DNA from: Desulfobacterales bacterium
GTDB taxonomy: Bacteria; Desulfobacterota; Desulfobacteria; Desulfobacterales; SURF-7
Direction: 5' to 3'
Length of the DNA stretch: 64,000 bases
NCBI GenBank assembly: GCA_028277765.1
Contig: JANQFQ010000028.1
Location: 362-64,361 of the forward strand
Every line of letters begins with the position of its first letter. Positions within the stretch are counted from its first letter, which is position 1. Below are positions 8,521 to 19,225 of this stretch, piece by piece. The notes under the pieces are model-generated. The model was not told the DNA's origin. It made no database searches and saw only the letters and a list, made by a program, of their open reading frames with translations. The position numbers were made by a program, and so were the translations under genes.

Positions 8521-10761
8521 ATGAACGGAAAAGTAAAAAACAAATTCGGTACTTTCGCGGGTGTTTATACCCCTTCTATTCTTACGATACTCGGCATTAT
8601 CATGTTCATGAACGCCGGGACGGTTGTGGGTTACGCTGGTCTGTTTGGTGGGCTCGCTATCCTGGTCTTGTGTAAGGCGATCACAACCCTGACAAGCTTG
8701 TCTATATCAGCCATATCCACGAACACGAAGGTGAAAGGTGGGGGGTCTTATTACCTGATTACTCGATCCATTGGCGCGGAGCCGGGTGGCGCTATTGGTG
8801 TTACGCTTTATCTTGCGCTTGCTCTGTCGGTCCCTTTTTATATCATCGGTCTGGTGGACGCGCTTAAAGCGTTTGATGCACTGAGACCGTTTATAACAGA
8901 AAACTATCTTGCTGTCTGCCTCTGTTTTGCGGGATTTTTTTTCTTTGTCACTTATGTGGGCGCGGGGATCGCTTTAAAAGTTCAGTTTTTAATACTTATC
9001 ATACTCGGCACATCCATTTTGACGTTTATGACTGGGCTGGTGATCCATTTTGACGGTGCGCGTTTTGCTGCGAATATCATGCCTGCGTCAGCAGGTCTTT
9101 CCGGTAGTATGTCTTTCTGGGTTCTATTCGCGATATATTTTCCCGCGGTCACCGGGATTACAGCAGGTGTGAGCATGTCCGGCGACCTGAAGGAGCCTGC
9201 TAAATCGATCCCGATTGGCACACTTGCAGCGGTCGGCACGGGTTTTCTGATTTACGTCCTACAGATGGTGTTGATGGCCGGCGGGTTGGAACGTGTAGCA
9301 GCTGAAGGGGTGCCGTCCTTGGTGCACAATCCGTATTTAGCATTAAAAATGGTTTCCGGAAAGTTCGGCATACTGGTGGCCATGGGTGCCATCGCAGCCA
9401 CAGCTTCAAGCACCATTGGATCCTTTGTGAGCGCGCCGAGGATCCTTCAGGCGCTTTCACGGGACCATCTTTATAAAATACTGTCCCCTTTTGGCAAGGG
9501 GGCGCTGAGAGGGGATGAGCCGAGGCGCGCGTTATGGCTTACTCTAGTAATTACTGTGATCACACTGGTGACCGCCGCTAAGCTGTCTGAAAACGCGCTG
9601 AATGCAGTAGCGGTCATCCTGACCATGTTTTTTCTGGCGTCTTACGGCACGGTAAATATCAGTGCGTTTGTGGAAGCGTTCGGTGGGAATCCTTCGTTTA
9701 GGCCGAGATTTAAACTGTTTCATTGGAGTACGGCATTAGCGGGCGCGGCTGGGTGTTTTGCCGCGGCAGTACTGATAAGCTGGATAGCTGCATTGGCCGC
9801 TGCAGCAATTATCGCGGGGCTTTATTTTTATCTTGTTAAAAAGAAAATGGAGGCGACGTTCGGTGATGCCCGGCGGGGCTTTACATTCACAAAGGCGAGA
9901 AACGCGATACTGCAGCTGAGAAATATGCCGGATGACGCGAAGAACTGGCGTCCAAACATCATTGTCCTGTGCGGCAATCCTGATATAAGACATACGCTGG
10001 TAAGGTACGCATCATGGATGGAAGCTGATCGTGGATTGCTGACGCTGGTAAACTTTATCGTCGGTGAGATCAGTGAAAAAAGCGTTCAGCGTGAGCGGTT
10101 GGAAAAAGAATTGGCAGAGTTTATCGACAAGCACAACATGCCCGCCCTGGCTGAGGTGAATGTAACGTCCGACTTTGACAAAGCCCTTTCAATATTTCTA
10201 CAGTCGCATTCTTTAAGGCCTTTGCGCGCTAATGTGCTGATGCTCGGCTGGACAAGACACAAAGACCGGGCTGAAGCGCTGGTTGCCCGTATTAACGTGG
10301 CGTATAAAATCGGCATGAGCCTCCTTCTGCTTCACGACCGAGGTTTACCGGATTTCAATCGCTCATTAAGGCTGGATGTCTGGTGGCGCGGTCTGCATAA
10401 TGGGTCGCTGATGCTTATCCTTGCGCATCTTATCACGTTAACGGAGAGATGGAAACACGCAAAGATAAGGCTGCTCCGCCTGGTAGGGACTGAAGTAGAA
10501 AAAGACCCTGCTGAAGAAGAGTTGAGAGGGCTGGCAGAGTACGGCAGGATGAACGCGGAGTGCAAAGCCGTGGTCTCTGATAGACCGTTTTTAGATATTT
10601 TGCATGAAGAGTCATTTGATGCATCAGTGGTGTTCCTCGGTTTTCGTTTGCCAGAAGTTAAAGACTCTGATGAGTTCCATTCAACCTATGAGAAATTGAT
10701 AAAAGGGATGCCGACGACAATCGTGGCATGTTCATCAGGCGAGGCGAATCTTTTTGCCTGA
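8521..10761 (+). CDS. APC-superfamily permease, cation-chloride cotransporter (SLC12-like)
   Basis: KFGTFAGVYTPSILTILG, GGGSYYLITRS, FPAVTGI.AG..MSGDL, PSFRP.F, KNWRPNI, DVWW. Confidence 0.88.
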   Translation: MNGKVKNKFGTFAGVYTPSILTILGIIMFMNAGTVVGYAGLFGGLAILVLCKAITTLTSLSISAISTNTKVKGGGSYYLITRSIGAEPGGAIGVTLYLALALSVPFYIIGLVDALKAFDALRPFITENYLAVCLCFAGFFFFVTYVGAGIALKVQFLILIILGTSILTFMTGLVIHFDGARFAANIMPASAGLSGSMSFWVLFAIYFPAVTGITAGVSMSGDLKEPAKSIPIGTLAAVGTGFLIYVLQMVLMAGGLERVAAEGVPSLVHNPYLALKMVSGKFGILVAMGAIAATASSTIGSFVSAPRILQALSRDHLYKILSPFGKGALRGDEPRRALWLTLVITVITLVTAAKLSENALNAVAVILTMFFLASYGTVNISAFVEAFGGNPSFRPRFKLFHWSTALAGAAGCFAAAVLISWIAALAAAAIIAGLYFYLVKKKMEATFGDARRGFTFTKARNAILQLRNMPDDAKNWRPNIIVLCGNPDIRHTLVRYASWMEADRGLLTLVNFIVGEISEKSVQRERLEKELAEFIDKHNMPALAEVNVTSDFDKALSIFLQSHSLRPLRANVLMLGWTRHKDRAEALVARINVAYKIGMSLLLLHDRGLPDFNRSLRLDVWWRGLHNGSLMLILAHLITLTERWKHAKIRLLRLVGTEVEKDPAEEELRGLAEYGRMNAECKAVVSDRPFLDILHEESFDASVVFLGFRLPEVKDSDEFHSTYEKLIKGMPTTIVACSSGEANLFA

Positions 10762-10793
10762 TTATTTTTATAAAATAATATGATAGAATATAT

Positions 10794-10900
10794 AAGTGCC
10801 TAGAGTGCCTAAAGTGCGCTAAAGTGCCTAAAGTTGTGGAATTCTGACAATTATATATTAAAAATGTTAGAGCGAAGCGATACATTAACTTTAGGCACTT
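10794..10900. repeat. AAGTGCCTA 9-mer tandem/inverted repeat element
   Basis: About 4 copies at 10794-10834 and inverted arm ACTTTAGGCACTT ending at 10900; homologous copy at 52896-52957. Confidence 0.8.
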
Positions 10901-10964
10901 ATTTGGTTAATATCATATCCCTTCCCTTGGCAACAAAAGTCGAGTTTCCTTTCCTGAATTGTTT

Positions 10965-13691
10965 CTACACTTTCCCGGGCAGCTCAAAAAAGAAGGTCGC
11001 CCCTTTCCCTGGTTCACTTTCTGCCCATATTTTTCCGTCATGCCTCTCTATGATCCGCTTTGTCAGGGCAAGACCTATGCCTGTGCCTTCAAACTCATTT
11101 TCATTGTGGAGACGCTGGAAAACATTAAACAACTTGCTGGCATATTTCATTTTAAATCCAACACCATTGTCTTTTACATAATATATAGTTGAATTGTTGT
11201 CCCCCGGCAGGAAACTGGTTTCAATTACCGCTGTTTTTTCTTTTTCAGTATATTTGACGGCATTTGATATGAGGTTGAAGAAAACCTGACTCAGTAGCAT
11301 CAGGTCACCTTCTGTTTCAGGGAGTTCCGCTATATGCCATTTTATATTTCTGTTTGCAGTGTAATGTTCTGTTTCGTTAACCGCGCTTTTTACAAGCAGG
11401 TTCATGTCAACTCTTTTTCTTTTAATCTTTGCACGGCCAGCCCTTGAGAATTTCAGGAGACCGTCTATGAGGTCGGTCATTTTCCTACTGGTTTTAATGA
11501 TTGAGTCAAGGTTTTCAAACGTGCGTTCATTAACACCAGATGCCAGATCTTTTTTTATAAATTCCGCGAAGTCTTTGATATAACGAGCTGGCGACCTGAG
11601 GTCATGGGATACGGAAAAGGCAAAGGCTTCTATCTCTTTATTCGCCTCAAGGAGCTGTGCTGTGCGTTTTTCCACGCGTTGTTCAAGCTCAATGTTAAGT
11701 TTTAGCACTTCCTGCTGGGCCGCTATTCTGTCGGTCATATCGTTAGCGGTAGTCAGCAAGCATTTTCGGCCATCAATATCCTGGAGTTGGCCGGAGATTA
11801 TCATTGTTCGAATCCGTCCAGACTTTGTCCTTATTTTGGCTTCCAACTCAATATTTCCTTCATTATCCTGTATCGCTTTAATCATCTTGGCCCGCTGGAT
11901 AGGATCTACCCATAGATCGAGTTCAAGAACTGTATGCCCGATCAATTGTTCCCTTGGAAATTCAATAGCCTTGCAGAAGCTGTCGTTTACGTTAATCATA
12001 CGGCCGTCTAACGAGGTGATGGCAAACGGGACAGGGCTGGAATAAAATGCTTTTGAGAATTTTTCTTCAGAACAACGGAGTTCCTCTTGCATACGCTTTC
12101 GTTCTCTTTCATCAAGGACTACCCCCCTCTGGCCAATAACACGACCATGTTTTTTTACGGGCACGGCCTGTTCTATTACCGGGAATGTTTTACCGTCTTT
12201 CCGTAGAACAGTGTACTCGTTTTTCAGAATATCAGCACCATTAAGGATTTTTTTAATGTTTTCCCGTGCCCTGTCCCTGTCTTCAGGGACAAGAATATCC
12301 AGTCCGCTCATACCTTTTTGAATATCTTCCTCTGTATAGCCGGTAAGTTCAAAAGCAAGATTATTAAGAAAGTTCAGCTTCCCTTTGTCATCAATTTCAT
12401 AAACAAGACCGGGAAGGATTTTTGCAAACTCCCTGAACTGATCTTCGCTTTGCCTGAGCTTTTCTTCAGCCCGTTTCCTTTTGGAAATGTCCTGAAAAGA
12501 GCTAATAACCTTTAAAGGTTCGCTGGTATCCTCTATTACGAGATATGCCGTCAGTGAACCTGTAACATGATTTCCATTTTTGTGCTTCAGAACCACTTCA
12601 TAATCTGTGACTTTCCCGTCTTTTTGAATTAATTTTATAAATTCTTCTCTTTTTTCAGGAAAGGCATAAAAATTACTTATGGATGAGCCGATCACATCAT
12701 CCCTTTTATATCCCAGTATTTTTTCGATTGAGGGGCTTACCTCAAGGAGAGTACTGTCAAGAGCCACTTCAGCATAAATGGACTGTATATTTTCAAATAT
12801 GGTCCGATATTTTTTTTCTGACTCTTTTAAGGCTTGTTCAACCAGCTTCAGCCGGGTAATATCCGGAAAGACAATAAAGCCCGCTATAATATTTCCATCC
12901 TTGTCATATACTGGTACGCCGTCTACCAGTTCCCATCTTTCTGTCCCATCCTGCCTGACGATTCTATACTCCACGCCTTTTGTCGATTCTCCCTGTAACG
13001 CGCGTGCTAGGGGAAGATTTTCGATCGGAACAAAGTTGCCGTCTGTATCATAATTTTTCCAGGTCGGTTCTATTTGTAAAAGATTGATGCCAGGCTTGGC
13101 TTCAGATTCATTTTCAACGCCCAGGATTTCCAGGCAGGCATCATTCAATACTTCAAGAGTGCCGTCTATTTTAGCCAGCGCCATTGGTATGGGAGACTGG
13201 TCCATTACTGATTTAAACAGAGTCTGGGTTCGTATCAATTTTTCTTCTATTTTTTTCTGCTCCGTAATATCATAAATAGTCCCTGTCATACCAACAGGTT
13301 TGTTGTTTTCATCTTTAACAAGAGAATTGTTCATCAATGTCGGAAAAACTGTGCCGTCCCGTCTCACATGCCATATTTCTCCTGAAAAAATACCGTTCTC
13401 TTTGAGCTGGCGGTTTGCTTCCTCAACTGACGGTATCTGTTTTTCATTGTGAAAAATAGACAGATTTTTCCCGACGAGTTCTTCAGGAAGATATCCATGC
13501 ATTTCAGCAAAGGCATTGTTTAAAACCTGCAGATTGCCATCCAAATCGGTTACAGCAAACCCTATGCTGCTTTGTCCAATGGCAATAGTGAGGAGGTTAG
13601 CCTGATCAGCAGGACGGGCAGCTTTTGAGGTATCCGCTTCTAAAACCTTAATTCTTTGCTCTAATTCTTCATATGTGGGCTTGCCGGGCAT
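10965..13691 (-). CDS. Multi-PAS sensor histidine kinase
   Basis: Five PAS/PAC repeats, SVSHDLRSP H-box, NLISNAVKY, DNGVG, GTGIGL; likely start MPGKPTYEELEQR (13691). Confidence 0.93.
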   Translation of the reverse strand: MPGKPTYEELEQRIKVLEADTSKAARPADQANLLTIAIGQSSIGFAVTDLDGNLQVLNNAFAEMHGYLPEELVGKNLSIFHNEKQIPSVEEANRQLKENGIFSGEIWHVRRDGTVFPTLMNNSLVKDENNKPVGMTGTIYDITEQKKIEEKLIRTQTLFKSVMDQSPIPMALAKIDGTLEVLNDACLEILGVENESEAKPGINLLQIEPTWKNYDTDGNFVPIENLPLARALQGESTKGVEYRIVRQDGTERWELVDGVPVYDKDGNIIAGFIVFPDITRLKLVEQALKESEKKYRTIFENIQSIYAEVALDSTLLEVSPSIEKILGYKRDDVIGSSISNFYAFPEKREEFIKLIQKDGKVTDYEVVLKHKNGNHVTGSLTAYLVIEDTSEPLKVISSFQDISKRKRAEEKLRQSEDQFREFAKILPGLVYEIDDKGKLNFLNNLAFELTGYTEEDIQKGMSGLDILVPEDRDRARENIKKILNGADILKNEYTVLRKDGKTFPVIEQAVPVKKHGRVIGQRGVVLDERERKRMQEELRCSEEKFSKAFYSSPVPFAITSLDGRMINVNDSFCKAIEFPREQLIGHTVLELDLWVDPIQRAKMIKAIQDNEGNIELEAKIRTKSGRIRTMIISGQLQDIDGRKCLLTTANDMTDRIAAQQEVLKLNIELEQRVEKRTAQLLEANKEIEAFAFSVSHDLRSPARYIKDFAEFIKKDLASGVNERTFENLDSIIKTSRKMTDLIDGLLKFSRAGRAKIKRKRVDMNLLVKSAVNETEHYTANRNIKWHIAELPETEGDLMLLSQVFFNLISNAVKYTEKEKTAVIETSFLPGDNNSTIYYVKDNGVGFKMKYASKLFNVFQRLHNENEFEGTGIGLALTKRIIERHDGKIWAESEPGKGATFFFELPGKV

Positions 13692-14035
13692 TGAGGTTCT
13701 CCACATCTTAAATATAAAAAACGGACAGATGACAACTGCCGCTTTAGAATAATTGCAAAGCAAGTGTTGATGATTCAAATAACATATTTTTAATTCATTG
13801 GCAATATTGACAAAGAGCGGAAAAATTTGAAGTTGTTATTGTATTCATTTACTTTTTGACTGTTGCGTTTACATATTGTATATGTATTACGTTTGAAGTG
13901 ATATGTCTCCTGATATTTATATGAAAATAAACAGTTCGTCCTGACCGGGAACATATCTTGTTTTTATCTTTTCAAACGTTCTGTTGTCTAAGTATCAAAA
14001 TTAATAAAACTAGAGGAAAGGAAAAGTATATTGAA

Positions 14036-14863
14036 ATGAAACCGGAAATTGAGCAGATACTGGAATACCTGAATGAAAGGAGAGGTTTTGATTTCACTGA
14101 TTACCGCCCTTCACTGGTCGTACGAAAAATAGGAAAAAAGCTGTTTGAGACAAGTTGTGAAGATTATAGTGACTATCTTGAAATTATTTATAAAGATGAT
14201 GAAGAGTTGGACAGCCTTATTGACGAGTTGATGGTCAGAACTAGTGGATTTTATAGAGATCCGTTTGTTTCTGAGTATATTGCCCAAAAAATTCTGCCAA
14301 CGATCAGTCCAGAAAAAAGGTTGTCTGGAGAGAATACGCTAAAGATATGGTCCGTGGGATGTGGGGAGGGAGAAGAAGCATATTCCTTAGCAATTTTAGT
14401 AAATGAATTGAAGGAGAAAGAGAACCTGGATTTTGAGATCAGTATTATTGGAACAGATATTGACAACAGTTCTTTGAAAAGGGCCGAAGCTGGCCTGTAT
14501 TCTTCTGGGAGCATTAAAAACGTAAAATACGGGCTGTTTGAAAAATATTTCACAAAAGAAGGAAGCATGTTCCGGCTGAATTCTGAGGTGAAAGAAAATG
14601 TGACTTTTTCAGTTTACGATATTCTTTACTCAGACAACAGTTTGCCGCTGAAAAGTGAATTTGGTGCATTTGACATGGTGTTCTACAGGAATCATTTAAT
14701 TTTTTTGAACAAGGATCTCCAAAAGATGGTGTTTAAAAAACTGTACCAGGCAATCAAGGAAAACGGGTATCTTGTTCTTGGGACATCAGAGACCCCATTA
14801 TCCGAATATAAAGACAAATTTAACCGGATAAACGGAGACTGCCACATATATCGCAGGATATAA
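14036..14863 (+). CDS. cheR: CheR-type SAM-dependent methyltransferase (stand-alone)
   Basis: GFDF..YR, FYRDP, IWSVGCGEGEEAYSLA, GTDID, GYLVLG.SE. Confidence 0.85.
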   Translation: MKPEIEQILEYLNERRGFDFTDYRPSLVVRKIGKKLFETSCEDYSDYLEIIYKDDEELDSLIDELMVRTSGFYRDPFVSEYIAQKILPTISPEKRLSGENTLKIWSVGCGEGEEAYSLAILVNELKEKENLDFEISIIGTDIDNSSLKRAEAGLYSSGSIKNVKYGLFEKYFTKEGSMFRLNSEVKENVTFSVYDILYSDNSLPLKSEFGAFDMVFYRNHLIFLNKDLQKMVFKKLYQAIKENGYLVLGTSETPLSEYKDKFNRINGDCHIYRRI

Positions 14864-14881
14864 ACGGGTAGGAAAATAGAA

Positions 14882-17185
14882 TTGATGTGTTCAAAACCGA
14901 CTCAATTGGAAGAACAATTGCGCCTTCTCTCTTTAGCTATTGAGCAGAGCAGTGAAGGTATTGCAGTGGTTGATATGAATGGCGATCTTCAGTATTTAAA
15001 TAAGACATTTGCAGAGATGCATGGATATACCACTGAAGAGCTTATCGGCCGTAATCTTTCTATTTTTCATACACCTGAGCAGATGGATTCGGTTAACAGC
15101 GCCAACAAACAGATTAAAGAAACAGGTGAATTCAAAGGGGAAATCTGGCATGTCAGGCGGGACGGCACGGTTTTCCCGACATTGATGCATAACTCGATTA
15201 TAAAAGATGATACCGGTAAACCCATTGGCATGACAGGGACGATTCGCGACATTACTGAACATAAACTGATGGAAAAGGAACTAAAGGAGAGTGAGGAACG
15301 TCTGCAGATCGCTGGAAAACTTGCATTTGATTTAATATATGAATGGTCTGTTGCAGACGACAATCTTATATGGCTCGGTGATATTGAGGCCGCACTTGGA
15401 TACGAACCCGGGACCATCGATGATACTATTGAAGGATGGATAAAACTTATCCATCCTGATGACAGACAAGGCCTTAATAATGCTGTGGAATTTCACCGAA
15501 CATCAATTGAACCGATATCATATGCATACAGGGTGTTGCATGGAAACGGATCATGGAGATACTGGAGCGATAAAGCTATGCCACAGCTGAACGATAAGGG
15601 GCTCCCGCAAAAATGGATTGGTGTGTGCACAGACATCACTGAACAGAAAGAAAGAGAGGAAGATCAACAGAAGCTTATTACTCTGATTGAGACCAGCAGG
15701 GACTTTATTGGAATGGCATCTTTGGAAGGCGAGGTCCTGTATTTAAACAGAGCCGGACAGGAACTGGCTGGAATAAACGATGGTCAGATCAAGTCAACCA
15801 GAATCCAGGATTATATGAATGCAACAGGAAAAGATATAATTGAAAATGAGGCTATCCCCAGAGTGATATCGACTGGTTCGTGGGAAGGAGATGGTCTTCT
15901 TTATAACTATGAGACAATGGCAGAAATTCCGGTAGATATTACACTTTTTTTGATAAATCATCCTAGTACCGGTGTGTCCTTGTGTCTTGCCATAGTTATG
16001 CGTGATGTTACAGAAAGAAAAAAAGTTGAAAAAGAAAAAGAGCGGCTGGAAGTCCAGCTGCGGCAGTCGCAGAAAATGGAATCTCTCGGTACGCTTGCCG
16101 GAGGAATTGCCCATGATTTTAATAATATACTATCAGCCATAATAGGTTTCACGGAAGTATCCATGTATGATGTGAGTGAAGGTTCTACCCTGGAGATGCA
16201 CTTAAAAGAAATATTAAAGTCCTCAATAAGAGCTGCGGATCTTGTTGAGCAGATTTTAACATTCAGCCGTCGGACTGAACAGGTGTGCCAGCCAGTTATA
16301 ATAAAAGATGTTGTCACGGAGGCCGTAAAACTTCTAAAAGCCTCTCTACCGTCCAGCATAGAGATAAGAGAAAAAGTTGATAGTGAATCTGCAATTATGG
16401 CTGATCCCACCCAGATACATCAGGTCTTTATAAACCTTTGTACTAACGCTGCTTATGCTATGGAAGAAAAAGGGGGGATACTGGAGATATGCGTGGTTGA
16501 TGTTGATTTAGATGAAAAAATAGTAGCCCAACCTCATAAATTAAAGCCTGGGCAGTACATAAAACTTACCGTTAGCGATACAGGAAAAGGAATTCATCCT
16601 GAAATCAGGAACCGAATTTTTGATCCTTATTTTACAACAAACAAACTCGGTAAAGGGACCGGGCTTGGACTTTCAGTTGTTCATGGTATTATCAGTTCCC
16701 TTGGCGGAAGCATAGTCGTGGAAAGTGAACCGGATGAAGGAACTGTGTTTAATGTTTTACTTCCTGTTGCAGAAAACACATCTCCGGCAAGAGAAGAGGA
16801 TTATAAAGGGCAAAATGAAAGGATCCTTTTTGTGGATGATGAACCAGCACTTACCCGCTCTTCAGAATTACTATTGGACAGCCTTGGCTATAAAGTTGTC
16901 ACAGCGAGCGGTTCCATTGAAGCCTTTGAAATATTCCGTTCTGGGCCTGACAATTTTGACATTGTTATCACAGATGCAACCATGCCAGGCATGCCAGGTA
17001 TCGAACTTTCTAAAGAGCTTTTAAAAATCAGGCCGGATATCCCGATCATCATCTGTACAGGCCACGGCCATCTTATTTCTGAAGTGCATATCAGGGAAGT
17101 CGGCATAAAAGAATTATTAAAGAAACCAGTAAACAAGGAACGTTTAGCTGTAACCATCAGAAAGGTTCTTAATGAAAACAACTAA
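14882..17185 (+). CDS. Hybrid PAS histidine kinase with C-terminal receiver domain
   Basis: 3 PAS domains, GGIAHDFNNIL, NLCTNA, GKGTGLGL, REC (VDDE, TDATMP). Confidence 0.95.
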   Translation: MMCSKPTQLEEQLRLLSLAIEQSSEGIAVVDMNGDLQYLNKTFAEMHGYTTEELIGRNLSIFHTPEQMDSVNSANKQIKETGEFKGEIWHVRRDGTVFPTLMHNSIIKDDTGKPIGMTGTIRDITEHKLMEKELKESEERLQIAGKLAFDLIYEWSVADDNLIWLGDIEAALGYEPGTIDDTIEGWIKLIHPDDRQGLNNAVEFHRTSIEPISYAYRVLHGNGSWRYWSDKAMPQLNDKGLPQKWIGVCTDITEQKEREEDQQKLITLIETSRDFIGMASLEGEVLYLNRAGQELAGINDGQIKSTRIQDYMNATGKDIIENEAIPRVISTGSWEGDGLLYNYETMAEIPVDITLFLINHPSTGVSLCLAIVMRDVTERKKVEKEKERLEVQLRQSQKMESLGTLAGGIAHDFNNILSAIIGFTEVSMYDVSEGSTLEMHLKEILKSSIRAADLVEQILTFSRRTEQVCQPVIIKDVVTEAVKLLKASLPSSIEIREKVDSESAIMADPTQIHQVFINLCTNAAYAMEEKGGILEICVVDVDLDEKIVAQPHKLKPGQYIKLTVSDTGKGIHPEIRNRIFDPYFTTNKLGKGTGLGLSVVHGIISSLGGSIVVESEPDEGTVFNVLLPVAENTSPAREEDYKGQNERILFVDDEPALTRSSELLLDSLGYKVVTASGSIEAFEIFRSGPDNFDIVITDATMPGMPGIELSKELLKIRPDIPIIICTGHGHLISEVHIREVGIKELLKKPVNKERLAVTIRKVLNENN

Positions 17186-18905
17186 GTCAACCATTTTGAT
17201 AGTAGATGATGAGGAACACATCCGCTATACGTTCCAGCAGTTACTTTCACGAGAAGGGTATGAGATACTTGAGGCTGATGGTTATTCGTCAGCCATTGAA
17301 ATTATCTCAAACACACCACTGGACCTGATGTTTGTTGACATTATCCTTGGAGAGTGTACGGGGATTGATGTTCTAAGGGAAGTAAAAAAATTGGAACTGT
17401 CCTGCCCTGTTGTAATGATAACCGGCATGCCCAACCTGGAAACATCCGCTGAAGCTGTGCGCGGTGGCGCATTCGACTACATAGCAAAACCTGTTAGAAA
17501 GGAGATCCTCTTAAGGGTAACGGAGCTGGCGCTTCGACATAAAGCCCTTTCAGATGAAAAAACAAGGGCAGAAGAAGAAAAAGACCGCTACCGCAGGAAC
17601 CTTGACGCGATTTTCAGCAGCCTAAAAGATGGTATTATTACCGTTGACCGGGGACTCAATGTTTTAGAAGTAAACCGTGCTGTAGATGATATCTGCGGCC
17701 TCAAGCAAAAAGACATAGCCGGGAAGTGTTTCTCAGATGTAAAAGTAGATTGTCAGCATCGCTGTCTAAGAGTCCTGAGGGAAACCATAAAAACGAAAAG
17801 CCCTGTGAAAGAATATCGTATTGAGTGCAAACATAAAAACAGACCCCGACAGGTAGCCCTGTTGACGAGTTCACCCTTAAACGATCCTGAGAAAGGCTTT
17901 ATGGGAACAGTGCTGGTTGTCAGAGATATTTCAAGATTGACTTTTCTTGAAAAAGAGCTTATAGAAAAGCATAAATACTTTAATCTTATAGGAAAAAGCA
18001 AAAACATACAGAAGGTCTATCATCTTCTTGAAGACCTTTTTGATTCAGACACCACTGTTCTTGTTACAGGGGAAAGCGGTACAGGTAAGGAGGTCGTTGC
18101 ACGTACCCTGCATTACGGGGGTGTTCGCGCGTCCCGTGCCCTGATAACGATTAACTGTAGCGCTCTTGCGGAAAATCTACTGGAGAGTGAACTTTTTGGA
18201 CATGTAAAAGGGGCGTTTACAGGGGCAGTCGCGGATAAAGCGGGAAGGTTTCAAGCTGCAGACGGGGGAACGGTTTTCCTTGATGAGATTGGTGATATTT
18301 CTCCTTATATCCAGCTAAAGCTTCTCAGGTTTCTACAGGAACATAAGTTTGAGAGAGTAGGCGATTCAAAGACCATAGAAGTGGATGTCCGGATCATCGC
18401 GGCAACCAACCAGAACTTAAAAGAAAAGGTGAGAAAAGGGGAATTCCGCGAAGACCTTTTTTACAGACTTAATGTTATAGAAATTCCACTCCCCCCGTTA
18501 AGAGAGAGGAGAGAAGATATTCCTCTTTTGACCGATCATTTCTGCAGGCAGTTCAATGTTAAACAGGAAAAAAATATTGAAGGAGTGTCTGATGAAGTTA
18601 TGGAAGCGTTTATGCGTTATCCATGGCCGGGCAATATAAGAGAGCTGGAACATGCTATTGAGCATGCTTTTGTTTTGTGCCGGGATAGGATTATCATGAC
18701 GGACCATCTCCCGATAGAGATTTTAGATGACTCTCAAAAGCCAAATAAGATAGAAACTAAAACACAAACTTTGGATTCCAAGGAGATACTGGCAGCCTTA
18801 AAAAATACTGACTGGAACAAGGCGAAAACTGCGAGAATTCTGGGTATCAGCCGTCCAACCCTATATAAAAAAATGAAAGAACTGAAAATAGAACTACATG
18901 ATTAA
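17172..18905 (+). CDS. Sigma-54-dependent activator (REC-PAS-AAA+-Fis HTH)
   Basis: GESGTGKE, ESELFGHVKGAFTGA, FLDEIG, WPGNIREL, C-terminal HTH. Confidence 0.96.
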   Translation: MKTTKSTILIVDDEEHIRYTFQQLLSREGYEILEADGYSSAIEIISNTPLDLMFVDIILGECTGIDVLREVKKLELSCPVVMITGMPNLETSAEAVRGGAFDYIAKPVRKEILLRVTELALRHKALSDEKTRAEEEKDRYRRNLDAIFSSLKDGIITVDRGLNVLEVNRAVDDICGLKQKDIAGKCFSDVKVDCQHRCLRVLRETIKTKSPVKEYRIECKHKNRPRQVALLTSSPLNDPEKGFMGTVLVVRDISRLTFLEKELIEKHKYFNLIGKSKNIQKVYHLLEDLFDSDTTVLVTGESGTGKEVVARTLHYGGVRASRALITINCSALAENLLESELFGHVKGAFTGAVADKAGRFQAADGGTVFLDEIGDISPYIQLKLLRFLQEHKFERVGDSKTIEVDVRIIAATNQNLKEKVRKGEFREDLFYRLNVIEIPLPPLRERREDIPLLTDHFCRQFNVKQEKNIEGVSDEVMEAFMRYPWPGNIRELEHAIEHAFVLCRDRIIMTDHLPIEILDDSQKPNKIETKTQTLDSKEILAALKNTDWNKAKTARILGISRPTLYKKMKELKIELHD

Positions 18906-19019
18906 AACAAGACATTCTGTTTTGGCATAATAATTAGTTTACAAGGAGGTGTAATACATACCAGGTAAACTGGAGTGAAGGCTGTGTCTGCGGCTATTTT
19001 GGCAGCCCTTTCCACCCTT

Positions 19020-19061
19020 TTTACACAATTGTAATTTACACGTATGTAAACTTTACACTTT
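19020..19061. promoter_or_regulatory. Putative enhancer (UAS) for a sigma-54 activator
   Basis: TGTAA-T-TTACA (19030-19040) and TGTAAA-C-TTTACA (19045-19057); 36/42 identical, ungapped, to 31516-31557. Confidence 0.7.
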
Positions 19062-19155
19062 CATTTGACACCACTATACGTTCTTGAAATAAAGCGAAAA
19101 GCAAAAGTTATTAAAAAACAGTAGGATAGGGAATAATATTTATTTTATAATTCGT

Positions 19156-19170
19156 TGGCATGCCTTTTGA
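19156..19170 (+). promoter_or_regulatory. Sigma-54 (-24/-12) promoter of the chemosensory operon
   Basis: TGGCATGCCTTTTGA vs consensus TGGCACGNNNNTTGC. Confidence 0.7.
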
Positions 19171-19225
19171 TTCTATTCAGGTATGAATGAAAATTATATA
19201 ATAAATAACTCTGGAGGATACTGAT

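Noticed and set aside
10794-10900. Tandem repeats here and at 32484, 50785, 61524 and 62558 as CRISPR arrays
   Set aside because: Units are 6-9 bp with no unique spacers, and there are no cas genes.
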